Assembly (NCBI GenBank): GCA_028534125.1
Contig: CM052817.1
Location: 59,584,001 to 59,648,000, forward strand
DNA: 64,000 bases
Direction: 5' to 3'
From: Lama glama
Taxonomy: Eukaryota
Shown here: in pieces, positions 37,201-50,499 of the stretch
Numbering within the stretch: position 1 is the stretch's first letter
How the letters are laid out: the number at the start of each line of letters is the position of its first letter
Notes under the pieces: generated by a model
What the model was told of the DNA's origin: nothing
The model's input: only the letters and a program-made list of their open reading frames with translations
Database searches by the model: none
Program-made: the position numbers and the translations under genes

Positions 37201-39695
37201 AAAAATGATAACACTGAATTTCACGATTTTAGAAAACACCCCAATTGCAAGTCATATCTAAGGTTAATATGACCAGAGTGAACCAGTAAAGGAGGGAGAG
37301 CGTGAAGGAGGAAAAATAAGAAAGACAAACAATACTTTCTTAAAATTAGACAAAAAGTCAGAGGTATAGAGCAGTGCACTAGAGTAGAGCTTCAATCAGC
37401 CACAGCTATCTTAAGTTCCAGCCCATTTTAAGTTAGAAATGGAGACATGATGAAACACTACATATTAAAGAACCTACTTGTTTCTAAGGACAGAGTCTTG
37501 AAAGAGCAGTTCTGTGTACCACGGGCTTGTCCTCACAGGGCTGATGATGGCAGCAGAAGCTACCGTTCTTCCACTCAGACATCTTCCTTTATATTTTCCT
37601 CTCTGAGCATAGATAGAAGATATGACTCTTCTATGTTTTTTTAATTGGACTTCATCCTTCACTAACTTATGCATTTCATACTTACTTCATTCAGTCTCTA
37701 TATTTTTTATTGAAGAAAAGAAAATCCTGTATACTTACTATCTGATATTCCTTCACAGAAAATATTCTAACTATAAGAAATGCTACACTTAGTAAAGGGG
37801 ATATATGTTTTCCTTGGCTGAGTTTAGGTTTAAAGCTATTATACAGAAGCATACAATCATCTTTAGGTTATGCAAATTTGGAATAAGAAATAATTTGTTT
37901 GAAAATAGAAAGTGTGATAAGATTATGAATCATCCTTCCTCAAAGATGATATTCTATAACTTTTATAAATACTTCTTGTGCTTTTCTTTATAGCATTATT
38001 TTATATTGTTTGAAATCCCCAAAGGTACTAGGTAAGGATGTAAGTTGTTTTTTCTCTTTTTGCCCTCTTTTACTCTCTCATAAACTTCTGAAAAAATTCT
38101 CCTGTATTACTAGTCACAGCCCAAAGGCAAACTTTTAGATTTTTCCAAAATTGGTTTTTAGTTTAGAACAAATGTTATAGAAGGAATGTGATATTGAAAA
38201 AGAAGAAGAAAATACAGAAAAAAAGAAAAAGTGAATATATTGGAAGTAAGTATATTTGGTAATTACAATAACTTAATAGCTAATTCTTTTTTGTGAATTA
38301 TCTTGTAAAATGATAAAAACATGTACTAAGTAAGTAACCAAGTTCATCTTTTGTTGCAATGTTGGTTTGTATTTTGGGTTTTTTTTTTTTTTTTGGTGTT
38401 CTGTTTGTTGACTTCCTTTTTTTTTTTAATTTGTTTGTTTGTTTTGTATTCTTATCTTCTACTCTCTTTGGATGGCCACTACTCAAATTCAAGTCTGTAT
38501 TTTGCAGAAGTCATAGTCTTAGTATTTTAGAAATCATAAAGAATTATGATTCATCTGCTCTAAATAGCCTTGCTTTGTAGAGGAAGAAGCTGAGGTCTTG
38601 AGGGACTAAATTCTGTCCAAAAGACACTGAGTCAAAACTTGCAGTCCAGTACTGTATGTACCTCTGCAACAGCCTAGTATTTGGACTCCACTCTCCTTTA
38701 GAATTTTTTCCTCTTTTCTACCAGGCATATTGCTTCCAGTTAAATCAGTCATTCCATGTCTCAACAAGTCTAGTAACCAGTTAGATACCTGCAGAGAGCC
38801 TAATCGCTAAAAAGCATCCCACTATCTGCCCCAAAGCTCATTTTAAACTTATGTTCCCTTTATAAGCTCTATGCTTCAATCAAAATCGTATTTTCTTTCT
38901 CTGTGCCTTTGTATTAATCATTTCTCCACCTCAAATATCCTCCTCTATTTATCAAACACTACATATCAATCCAATTGCAGAACAAGTCCCAACACTACAA
39001 GGAATTATTTACCTACAAAAACTATCAAAGGCATTATGTGAAAGGTAGTTTTTTGCCCATGTTAATTAATTAATTATAAATGAATTATAAAGCAGTTAAG
39101 TCAGCTGTCCAAAAAGCTAGTAAGTAAAAAAAAAGTTCAAAATTAATTAAATTTGTTCTTGCTGTCCCAATATCATCACTGAAGTAATTTAAACTACAGT
39201 TAGATATTGCTATAGTTCACTTACATCACCTCTCTCTGTGCCTACTGTCACCTGCGTCCAGTCCTAAAGTATGATTCTTCTAATTCCACTATTGTCTTAA
39301 AGAACCATATACACTTGCACACGTGCATGCATATGCACACACATTATGAGAAGCCTGCAGACAAAATAACAGAGCACTGTTTCTTAACTTCCAATCAGTG
39401 ACTGGGCATCTTTCTCCATTTTACCATTCCTTTCCAAGTGTATCTCTGTTACACTGAGTGGATTCTCCTGAATTGTTCTGTGGCTGTTCTTCTGGACTTT
39501 GGCCAGAGCAGATGCAATAAATCCCACTTTGGAGAAAGAAATAAAATAGGAATTTCACATGGAAAAATAATACATATTTTTGTTTGGACTAGCATTTCAA
39601 CAACAGTATATAAAACAGTAGTAGTACAAGAGCAATGGAAAATTCATTGATGTTTAAGGAAGAAGTCTTCTTTCTATGACCTGACACTTCTTGTA

Positions 39696-39800
39696 GAACT
39701 CAGTTGTAAATCATCTGGTAGAACAGAGAGATTCAGGGTTGATGGTTCAACCCCACTGTGACCCAGGACAGATTATTATTCCATGCTTCAGACCTTTACA
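39696..39800 (+). mobile_element. Ancient tRNA-headed SINE remnant (MamSINE1-like)
   Basis: aactcagttg (A-box-like) ... ggttcaacccc (B-box-like) ... ttccatgcttcagac aligns loosely with the MamSINE1 5' end as I recall it. Confidence 0.45.
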
Positions 39801-41609
39801 TGAAAAATAACTGTACTTCATGGGTTTGAATATTCATGCCTATATCTATTTAGAAACTTTGCCTCTATACGTTCATTGAATTTTCTGTCTTCCTTTTGAA
39901 CATTTTTATTAATTTTATCACAATATTAAAATAAATATAGCTCAATACCACAATTTTTGCATCCACAAGCATTTCTGCTTAGAGATTTATTGGATAAGTG
40001 TTGCATTTTATTTATTAAAATGTGATTTTTCTTGAAGTTAGATATTCATGCAAAATTTATGTCTTATTGACACCATTATCATTGTTAATTAAAAAATCAC
40101 TGTATGAGAGTTTTTTTGAAAGAAATATAAAAGGGTATAAAATGATTTAATTATTAAATGTCAGATTAGCAAAAGAAATTTAGAACCCTAAAATATATTT
40201 ATATTGGTCTCGTGAAATTCTCAGAACTGTGTCTCTGCAAGCCTCCTCCAGAGAGAATATTGTATCCTTCCGTAGATGAATAGGTGATCCTACTGTTCTC
40301 CAGAGTAGCTTCCATTTACCTTCTTGTTAAAACGAATCACTCCCAAATAAAAATAATTCCTTACTTGATACTTAGCCTGCCAGATGCTGCTCTGTTCTGG
40401 ATGATTTATGATCATACACTTAAATAATTACATGGGTCCTGTTCTAATATTTCACCACAGCTAACAAGAGGATACATGCAGATAAATGTGTTAAAACCTC
40501 ACCTCTCTTCAAGTCTTTCCATTATTAGAAATTAAACATCTCTAAATCACAAACCACTCAATCTTTCCCCAATGGAATTTAAACGGTAAGTCTACATTAA
40601 TGTAATATTACTTAATAAATACAACAGTCAAAATAATGTTCCTCCAGTTACCTTTTACTAAATATAAATTACAATATACTTTATATAATGGAAAAAACCT
40701 AACCTTAGCTTCTTTAAAAAGCAAAATGTAACTAAAAGAAAGAAATTGCTTTAGCAATCAAAATAATATGATGGATACTTAAGATTGTAGATTAATCACT
40801 TGGTATAAATTTCACTGGAGTTGGAGATATTTTAAACATTTATCTGAGGATGACAATGACAACCTATTCCGTACAGAGAGAAGAAAGTTTTCTTGTTCTA
40901 GAACAAAATGCTGTGAACTTATCACATTTTATAAACCAAGCATTAGTGAGTTCTTATTTTGATAAGACAACACTGAATAAGTATCCAGAAACCACAGCAA
41001 CCATACTTAGTACGAGCTTTCCCTGGCACATAGATTCATTGCTCCGGAGTCTGCTCAGTCTCACTTTCGTCCAGCCCTCTCCTCATTGGGCTGCATTTCC
41101 TGCCAGCAAGTAAAATCACGGTCAATAGCCATGGAAAGAAAGAAACAATGCTTCATTTAGAAACAGAGGTGAAGGTCAAGTCTCCACTTTTACAAAGAGA
41201 AATAAAGAACTGAAACACAGGCCAAGGCCTGAAGTTTCCCAACTGCTTAGTGGGGAAAATGCAACAAAAGAAAGTAAAACAGCAGGCAGTTATCTGGTTT
41301 AGGCAAGAAGAATAATCTGCCAACATTTAATTAAATAATGAATGAGACTTGTTGACATGATTTATCCGGATTAATTGATGATAACTCCAAAGAATGGCTC
41401 TTCCATCTGCATTTTTTTTTTTTTTTTTTGCTCAGTACACCTAGCCAAATAACTGCCTTTCTTTTGGGAAAGAAAAATCAAGTGAAAAATTTTTTATGAT
41501 ACATTCACTTTTATTATGCTTATTATTTATTAAATAATAATTTATCATATTTTATCTATAAGCAGATTTTCTATTTTATTTTTTAATTCATGGCATCAAT
41601 TGGAATATT

Positions 41610-41943
41610 TGTACTTACAAGTAACAGACACTAACTTGACATAAACAAGAGATATCATTTCATAAGAAAAATTCAAGAAATTCATCAAGAACTCTGATCC
41701 TCAGATCCTTACGTACATCTTTCTAATGTGCCATCCTGAGCAACCGGGCTTTTATCCTGATGCTTTTCTGCCCATAACCAAAGGACTGCTGTTCAGGGTT
41801 GAGGGTGTACAAAGTCATGTCAAGGACAAAAACAGCATTATCCTCTAAAATTTCTTTTGACCGGGAAAGAACTTTTCAAATAGCTCCCATACCAAATATC
41901 ACTAACTATCCACAAAGCAATGATTAACAAAAAAGAATGGGAA
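41610..41943. mobile_element. Old MaLR LTR (MLT1J/K-like), cut by the adjacent L1
   Basis: tcaattggaatatttgtacttacaagtaacagacac...atttcataagaaaaattcaaga...gccatcctgagc...gcttttatcctg. Confidence 0.5.
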
Positions 41944-41945
41944 GG

Positions 41946-42903
41946 ACTTCAGTTTCCAGATCCTCATGTAAGAAGCTTGGAGGTCACCACTACACCCTAA
42001 GCAAGTAAAACCTGAACAGATTGAAAAATTAAAAACTCTTCTTGGATCTATAAGAGATGAGAAGACACAGGATAAACCACTGCCCCCAACATTGGAGCGA
42101 TAGGCAAAAAGAGGGAGACTCAGCTTATTGGAGCAGAGACCGAGGAGTAGAAACTGACTCAAGGAAGCAGTGCGTGGATAGGAAAACCTGAGGTGTAATT
42201 CAGGAATTGCTGGAGGCTCATGTGGATAACTCTGAGAGTTAAAAATGCAAAGGGAACCCAGTCATTAGGAGCCCCCACGAAATTGTGGGTTTATCTCCAA
42301 GAACTTAACTATGTTCCTACAGAAAATGCCAGAGGAAAATCTCTGGCTTCTAGAACAGTGGGGAGAAGAAAAGATAAAATTTTGAAATACACCAGTGCAG
42401 TCAGTTCTTACCATGGCCTGGCCTCAAAGAAACTAGTTATCCAAGGCCTAACTGACTAGTGTATTATCAGAACCTAACTGATACTGGGGACAGGAAGTAC
42501 CCAAATTCAGTCTACTCCGGCCATCTTGTCCCACCTAAGAAGGAAAAAAACCCTAGAAATGTTATGAAATTCACAGTCCAGGGGCATAGATTCACTAAAA
42601 GATTGAAACCTAATCATGAGACTACGAATGCTTAACTTCCCCTCAACACACACCTCACCACCACATTATTGAGGCCTATTTGCAACAGTTCTTTTTACCC
42701 AGTACAACATGCCCAACTATCAAAAAGAATTACAAGGTACATCAAAAGGCAAAAAACACAGTTTGAAGAGACAGAGCAAGTATCAGTACCAGACATATCC
42801 AGGATATTGGAATTATCAGACCAGGAACTTCAAACAGCTATGATCGATATACTAAGGGCCCTAATGGATAATGTAGACAGTATTCAAGGACAGATGGGCA
42901 ATA
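41946..42903 (+). mobile_element. L1 5' UTR + ORF1 start (L1MC-type 5' end), 3'-truncated
   Basis: Collinear with 57496-58445. ORF 42669-43016 contains ORF1-like KRQKTQFEETEQ...LELSDQELQTAMIDILRALMDNVDSIQGQMGN. Confidence 0.85.
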
Positions 42904-42904
42904 A

Positions 42905-43485
42905 ATTAATCATGCACCATTTGTTTTTCTGCCTGACTCAATTCACATGGCATAATGCCCTTCAGGTTAATACAAGTTGCTGCACACGACAGGATTTCTG
43001 TCTTTTTAGAGGCTGAATAATGTTCCATTTTATCCCTTTATACTGCATTTTCTTTATCCATTCATCCATCAATGAACACTTACGTTGTTTCCACTTCTTG
43101 ACTATTATGAATACTGCTGCAATCAACATGGGAGTGAAACACGCAGATTTCATTTCCCTTGGATATGTACCCAGAAGTGGGATGGCTGAATTATGTGCTA
43201 GTTCTATTCTTAATTTTTGAGTGAGTTTCATACTGTCTTCCATAATGGCTGCACCATTTTAAGTTCCCAAAGTACTTTTTTTCCAAATCCTTGCAAATAC
43301 TTCTTATCTTTTATCTTTTCGATAATAGCCGTTCTAGCAGGTATGAGATGATATCTCATTGTGGCTTTGATTTGCATTTCTCTGATTAGTGATGTAGAAC
43401 ACCTTTTCATATACCTGTTGGGCATTTGTATGTCTTCTTTTGACAAATGTTTACTCAGGAAGTCTTTTTATTTTTATTCAGGTTA
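42905..43485 (-). mobile_element. L1 ORF2 3' end (antisense); left part of an interrupted element
   Basis: ORFs 42962-43243 and 43228-43446 read [20 protein letters not shown] and [22 protein letters not shown]. Confidence 0.92.
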
Positions 43486-45990
43486 TTTGAGTTTATTTTT
43501 ATATATGGTGTGAGGGAGGGTTCTACTTTCATTGATTTACATGTGGCTTTCCAGCTTTCCAAACAACACTTATCAAAAGACTGCCTTTACTCCACCGTAT
43601 ATTCTTACCTCCTTTGTTGAAGATTAATTGACCATAAGTGGGTGGTTTATTTCTGAGCTCTCTATTCTGTTCCATAGATCTATATGTCTATTTTTGTAAC
43701 AATGCCATGCTGTCTTGATTACTGTAGCACTGTAGTAATGTCTGAAAACTTTGAGTGTTATGTCTACACTTTAGTTCTTTTTCCTCAGTATTGCTTTGGC
43801 AATTCTGGGTCTTTCATGATTCTATATAAGTTTTAGGATTATTTGTTCTAGTTCTGTGAAAAATGTCCCAGATAATTTGATAGGAATTGCATCAAATCTG
43901 TAGATTGCTTTGGATAGTGTGGCCTTTTTAACAATATTCATTCTTCTAATCCAAGATCATGGGATAGCTTTCCATTTCTTTAAATCACCTTTAACTTCCT
44001 TTATCAGTGTTTTATAGTTATCATAGTGTAAGTCTTTCACCTCCTTGGTCAGGTATATTCCTAAGTATTTTTTGATGTGATTTTAGAAGGGATTCTTTTT
44101 TTTTTTTACTTTTCTTTTCTGATATTTCATTGTTACTGTAAATAAATGCAACAGATTTCTGTATGTTAATCTTGTATCTTGCTACCTTACTGAATTTGTT
44201 TATCAGTTCTAGTAATTTTTGTGTGGAGTCTTAAGAGTTTTCTTTATATAATAGCATGTCATCTGCATATAGCAACAACTTTACCTCTTCTCTTCCAGTT
44301 TGGATCCCTTTTATTTATTTTTCTTGTCTTATTGCTGTGGCTAGGACTTCCAACACTATGTTGAATAGAAGTGGTGAGGGTGGGCATCCTTGTCTTGCTC
44401 CAGAGTTAAGAAGGAAAGCTTTCAACTTTTCATAATTGAGTATTATGTTGGCTGTGGGTTTGTCATAAATAGCTTTTATTGTATTGAGATATGTTCTCTC
44501 TATATCCACTTTGGTAAGAGCTTTTATAATGAGCAGATGTTGAATTTTATCAAATGTGTTTTCTGCATCTATTGAGATGATCTTGTATCTTTTGTCTTTT
44601 CTTTTGTTGATGTGGTTTATCACATTGATTGATTTGCATATGTTGAAACATCCTAAACTCGAAATGGCTTAAAGACTTAAATATAAGACAGGACACAATA
44701 AATCTCCCAGAAAAGAGCAGAGGCAAAACGTTCTTTGACATAAATTGTAGCAAAGTTATCCTAGGTCAATCTGACAAGGCAATAAAGCAAAAAGAAACAA
44801 AAGGGACCTAATCAAACTTAGAAGCTTTTGCACAACAAAGGGAATCATAAACAAAACAAAGAGACAACTTACTGAATGGAAGAATGTATTTGCATACAAT
44901 GTGACTGAAAAGGGCTTAATTTCCAGAGTATACAAACAGCACCTACAACTCAATAAAAATTAAAAACAAAAATTTTTTTATGGGCAGAAGACCTAAACAG
45001 ACATTTCTCCAAAGAAGACATACAGATAGCCAATAGGTACATGAAAAAAATGCTCACTATCGATTAGTTATCATAGAAATGCTACAATGAGTCACTACCT
45101 CATACCAGTCAGAATGGCCATTATTAAAAAGTCCACAAACAATAAATGCTGGAGAGAGTGTGGAGAAAAGAAAACCCTCCTACACTGCTGGTGGGAATGT
45201 AGTTTGGTGCAGCCATTATGGGAAACAATATAGAGATTCCTTAAAAAAACTAAAAATAGACTTACTATATGATCCAGCAATCCCACTCTTGGGCATATAT
45301 CCAGGGGGAACTTTAATTTGAAAAGATACATACACCCCAATGTTCATAGAAGCACTATTTACAGTAGCCAAGACATGGAAACAACCTAAATATCCATGGA
45401 CAAATGACTGGATAAAGAATTTGTGATATATTTATACAATGGAATACTACTCAGCCATAAAAAAGAATAAAATAAAGCCTTTTGCAGCAACATGGATAGA
45501 CCTGGAGATTGTCATTCAAAGTGAAGTAAGTCAGAAAGATAAAGAAAAATGTCATATGCTATCACTTATATGTGGAATATTAAAAAAAGACAAGTGAACT
45601 TATTTACAAAACAATAACAGACTCACAAATATAGAAAACAAACTTACGGTTACCAGGGCTGGGGAGTCAGGGGGTGGGAAGGGATAAACTGAGAGTTTGA
45701 AATTTGTACATACTAACTACTCTATATAAAATAGATAAACAACAAGTTTACACTATATAGCATGGGGAACTATATTTAATATCTTGTAGTAACCTATAAT
45801 GATAAATATGAAAACAAACATATGTATGTATATGTATGACTTAACTATTATGCTATACACAAGAAATTGCACAACATTGTAAACTGACTATACTTCAATT
45901 AAAAAAAAACTAAAAATAGAGTTACTATATGACCCAGCAATCCCATTCCTGGGCATATTTCCAGAGAAAACTCTAATTTGAAAAGATACA
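43486..45990 (+). mobile_element. Young 5'-inverted L1 (antisense 43486-44654; sense 44654-45990) with internal poly(A) at ~45901-45909
   Basis: ORF 44315-44623 encodes RT-domain residues [15 protein letters not shown]...[21 protein letters not shown]. Strand switch at catcc|taaactcgaaatgg. 3' UTR ends aactgactatacttcaatt+A. Confidence 0.93.
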
Positions 45991-47040
45991 ACATTTTTGT
46001 TAATCCATATACATTTTAAGATTTTTTTTCTATTTCTGTGAAGAATGTCATTGAAATTTCATAAGGATTGCTTTGAATCTGTAGATCATTTTGGGTCATA
46101 TGGACATTTTAACAATATTAATTCTTCTAATCCATAGACACAAGATGTCTTTCTATTTTTCTGCATCTAAATTTCCTTCATTAATATTCTATAATTTTTA
46201 ATGGACAACATTTCACCACTTTGCCTAAGTTTATTCCTAAGTATTTTGTTCTCATTGTTGCTGTTGTACATGGGATTATTTTCTTAATTTTTCCTTTTCA
46301 GATAGTTCATTGCCTGTTTACAGAAATGCCACTGATCATTGTATGTTGATTTTTGTACCCTTCAACTTTATTAAATTCTCTTTATTAATTCTAACAGACT
46401 TTTGCTGAGTCTGAGGTTTTCTATGTATATGATCACATAATCTGCAAACAGAGATCACTTTACTTCTTTTGCCATTTGAATGACTTTTGTTTCTTTTTCC
46501 TTTTCTAATTGTTCTGGCTAGGACTTCCAAGAATATGTTGAATAGAAATGATGAAACTGCCTATCCTTTCCTTGTACCAGACATTACATTCTAAGGAATG
46601 CCTCAGAAATTAAAAAAAAAAAAGTATTATAAGCAATGATACACCAACAAACTGTTAAATCTAGCAGAAATAGATCAATTTCCCAAAACACAACACATCA
46701 AAACTGAGTAAAGAAGAAATAGAAAGCCTGAACAGACAACTATCAAATAAGGAGACTGAATGAGTAATGAAAAGCCTTTTAACAAGGAAAAACCCAATAC
46801 CAGATGGCTTCACCAGTGAATTCTGCCAAACATTCAAAGAAAAATTAATATCAATCTTTAAAGTCTTCCAAAACATAGAACAATTCCAAACTCACTTTAT
46901 GAAGCCAGCATCACCTAGATATCAAAACCAGAAAAGGATATCACAAGAAAAGAAAACTACAGGCCAAAATCCTTGATGAGCAGAAATGCAAAAATTCTGA
47001 ATAAAATACTAGAAGTTGAACAGCACATTAAAAGTGTTAT
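45991..47040 (-). mobile_element. L1 ORF2 (antisense 45991-46582) with inverted 5' segment (sense 46579-47040)
   Basis: ORF 46336-46530 (-) begins MEVLARTIRK; ORF 46767-46976 (+) reads PIPDGFTSEFCQTFKEKLI. The junction shares agac (46579-46582). Confidence 0.88.
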
Positions 47041-47409
47041 GTCATTTTTTAAGCAAGTCTTTAATTTTCTATGAATGAATTTACCTGCAACCACTGTTCC
47101 CCTCAAATTAAAATATTGGGAATTAAGTGTTTTCTCCTTTTTTTTTTAAACTTAAATCTACATATATACACATATAGTCAGAATTCATGTTTAATCACAT
47201 TTTAAGCCATGGTTTAGGAGTTAGCATTAAGAAAAATTATCTAAAACTTGGAAACTGGCATAATCATGTTTCATCATATGATTTCAATATGGTACATTGT
47301 TTAATAAAATCACCCAAAGAATAATTAATATCCAGAGGAATGTATTTTCGTTTGACTTAGCTAATTATTATGAATTTAAGCCCTCAGGCTCTTTGTAGTT
47401 ATATGCTAC

Positions 47410-47545
47410 TTTTTTTTTTTTTTGCAAGGGGGTGGGTAATTAGGTTTATTTCTTTATTTAGTTTTTGATGGAGGTATTGGGGATTGAACCCAGGATCTCA
47501 TGCATGCTAAGCATGCACACTATCACTTGAGTTATACCCTCCCCC
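47410..47545 (-). mobile_element. tRNA-Ala-derived SINE (camelid Vic-1 type)
   Basis: Reverse: gggggagggtataactcaagtgatagtgtgcatgcttagcatgcatgagatcctgggttcaatccccaatacctcc...aacctaattacc...poly(A). Flanks ctacttttt / ctaacttttt. Confidence 0.92.
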
Positions 47546-50171
47546 CTAACTTTTTGAAACTGTCTGGATGACATTTCTTTTTTCTAGTAAGTATCCCCCA
47601 AAAGGGTACAATTTTATTGCCTTATAGGATGTTAACTATCTCATTAAACTTATTTCAACTTTGTACTATATAATATCTTTGTTCTTCTATTTCTAATTTG
47701 GACAGCTTTTTCATATTTCTGGTTTTCTTATTTGTGTGTTGAATAAAATCTTTGAATAGTGATCATTCTATATTTATATAAATCATGTTTTAAATTTTTG
47801 ACAATTATGCTTTGACATTTGAGAGCAAAATAAAGAAAATCACTGATAATGACTTTCATCCTTGCCACATGCCTTAAATCTTTCAGAATCATTAACTTTG
47901 TGATGTATTGAGGTATACAGTAAATGAGTTATGATCTAAGAAGCTACTTAATTCAGTCAAGAAGTTGTTACTGTGCCTAGGTTTAAAAATAATATTTATA
48001 ATGCTTACATGAAAGGAATTGAATCTTATTTTGATTCTAGTTGATGTCAAGCTTTCTAATAATAACTCAAAAAATTTTTTTAAATCAGAAAACTGAGAAA
48101 GAATATGAATAACCATATTTTAACTATAAATTAGTTTCTAAGATATTAGCTTGCTTCACTGAGATAGAAATTAAAGGTAGAAAAAATAATAATTTGCTAA
48201 AGGAAAAAACTAAAATACTTGTCATTTCTTCATTGTTATGGGTTTTGCTGAGTAAAATATTGTAAAGATATTTTCAAAATAAGATATGATTATTTCATTG
48301 TATATTTCTGTTAAATTTCTCACATGAAGTTTTTCTCCTGATACAGTTCAGGCACTAAAGAAATAATTTACCTCTTAATTTCTAAGCCTTTAATAGTACA
48401 AAAACAAATTGGTCTTACTTTACTTATCTATGCCTCTAATTTCAAGCATTATTTGTGAGAAAAAGAATTGGAAACAGATAAAAATGTTTCAATTGTTTCA
48501 TCTGGTGCTCAATTTTCTACCTCCTATTATAGACAAGGAAGCTTTGAAACAATTCTTTTTTTTCTGAAGTGTCAAAACAGGCTATGAAGAGCTATATGAT
48601 TTTAAAAAAATCAAATTTTTATACTTAACATCTCACAGTGTTTAAAAGAAAATTATTCTATGATGTTAAAAGAGAGAGAGTAAACAATCTGAAACTTGAC
48701 CTAAAAAGAAAAATCTCATAATCATATTATTCATATGCATTTGCCCTAGGACTTTCAAGATTCAATTCATATTTGACATCATCCTCCTAAAAGAAATTGG
48801 TTCAAATAGGAAAGGAAAATAACACAAAATCATCTTGGAATACTTATTCTTTGTTCTATTCTGGATTATGAAATCAGAATAATAAGTTCATATTTTGATG
48901 AGGTCTCAAAACTCATAGCCATAGAGCAAAAGCAGTAAAGCACTATATAGATATGCTGAAAGTATATCCACCTTGATCCTTCATCAATTTGTATCATACA
49001 ACTAAAAAGTTAAGGAAGGGTAGTAAGAAATAATTTGTAAATGAAAAATCATAGCCATTAATAAATTTATTAAAATAATTATTTCATCCTAAATCATGTG
49101 TATAAAATCATTCAAACAAGTCAAAATTCTAACAACTTAGAAAAAAATAAAACCGGACACATTTCTTGATAAATACTAACAAGGAATCATAAAGAATATC
49201 TCGAAAATAGTTAATTTGGATTTGCAGTAAAATAAGAGTAATCCAAATTTATTCTGTTTATTTTTCACCCAGTTTCTGGAGTAAACTTTTACCTTAATCT
49301 TTGGATATACCAGAGGGAATGCCAGAATAGAATTTTAATGGAATTCACAAGAGAAAAGTCATGCCTCTGGTATTAAATCAATTATGGCAATATAATTTGC
49401 TTGAAGTTGGAATAATTTTATACTCAGAGAGAAAGAACGAGATTGCTCTAAGTTTATGTTTTACATTTAGTTTATTCACATCTTACCTAATTTTTCTCCT
49501 ATTTTACTGGTTCCATTGAAAACTCCAATCCCAAAGTTATTAATCTCAACAGTGTCAAGAATTTTTGTTTGCTATGCTTTCTTTTTTCACAGTATATTTG
49601 CCTATCTCCTTATATCAGCAATAAATTCTTGACTTTGAACTTTGCAGCAGTGAATTAAAATTTAGCGTGACCTCCTTCTAATTACTCTCTGCCTACTGCC
49701 CTTCTATTCTATCTTGATTTCCATGACTATCTCCTTCTAATTCCTTCACTATGTCTCACTTGATTTGGCCCCAATCCTATTAAAATTTTTAATTTGTTGT
49801 TCAATCCAAAAGTAACCTCAATATTAGTGTCTAGCTATACAAAACTTTTAACAGACACTATAATCTTTTGACTTCTTTTTTAACTTGGCCTGTCAGTCTA
49901 GAATCAGAATATTGCTTTCATTTGTGTCTTAGGCTCTGGCATAGTATTTGAATATATTGCCAGTTATATTTGCCTGGCAGTATTGAAATCTGTCATTTAA
50001 ACTGAAAGTGATAACTAAATAAGTACAATTTTACTCACAATAATCCACAAAATATTAAGCTAGTTAGTGTCATTATTAGATCATAAACCTAATCTTCTGA
50101 TTCAAACCCAAAGTCATTCCTAATATGTCACACTATATACCTTATGCACCACGTACTGATTTTCTTAGCAA

Positions 50172-50335
50172 CCTATGACTCAAACTGTGATCTTGGACAA
50201 GCAGCATTCTCATAATCAGGATGTTTTTAAAAAAACGCCTAATCTCACTTCACTCCTTAGAACAGCTGAAATAGAAGTCATATTTTAACAAGATCACAAG
50301 TGACTTGTAAGTGTAGTAAAGTTTGAAAAGCACTA
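50172..50335. mobile_element. MER5A1-like (hAT-Charlie)
   Basis: actcaaactgtgatcttggacaagcagcat...attttaacaagatcacaagtgacttgtaagtg...taaagtttgaaaagcact. Confidence 0.75.
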
Positions 50336-50499
50336 TCAAAACATTTTACTTATAAGCTAGAGTGAACTTTATCTTCCTTACTTAAATTCCAGATGTAGTA
50401 CCCTGTTCTTTTCTTGGGGGATTGAAAATAAACTGCTTTACACTTCAGTGAAAAAAATTGACTTCTGTCATGTAACTCCTTTATCCAAGCTCTTTTGAA

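Noticed and set aside
44315..44623. ORF with reverse-transcriptase motifs as a functional gene
   Set aside because: It is a 102-aa fragment of L1 ORF2 inside a truncated, inverted element with neighbouring stops and frameshifts.
47470..47545. tRNA-Ala gene (also at ~28670-28743 and ~35490-35567)
   Set aside because: Degenerate stems, AT-rich tails, poly(A) and TSDs show these are SINE copies.
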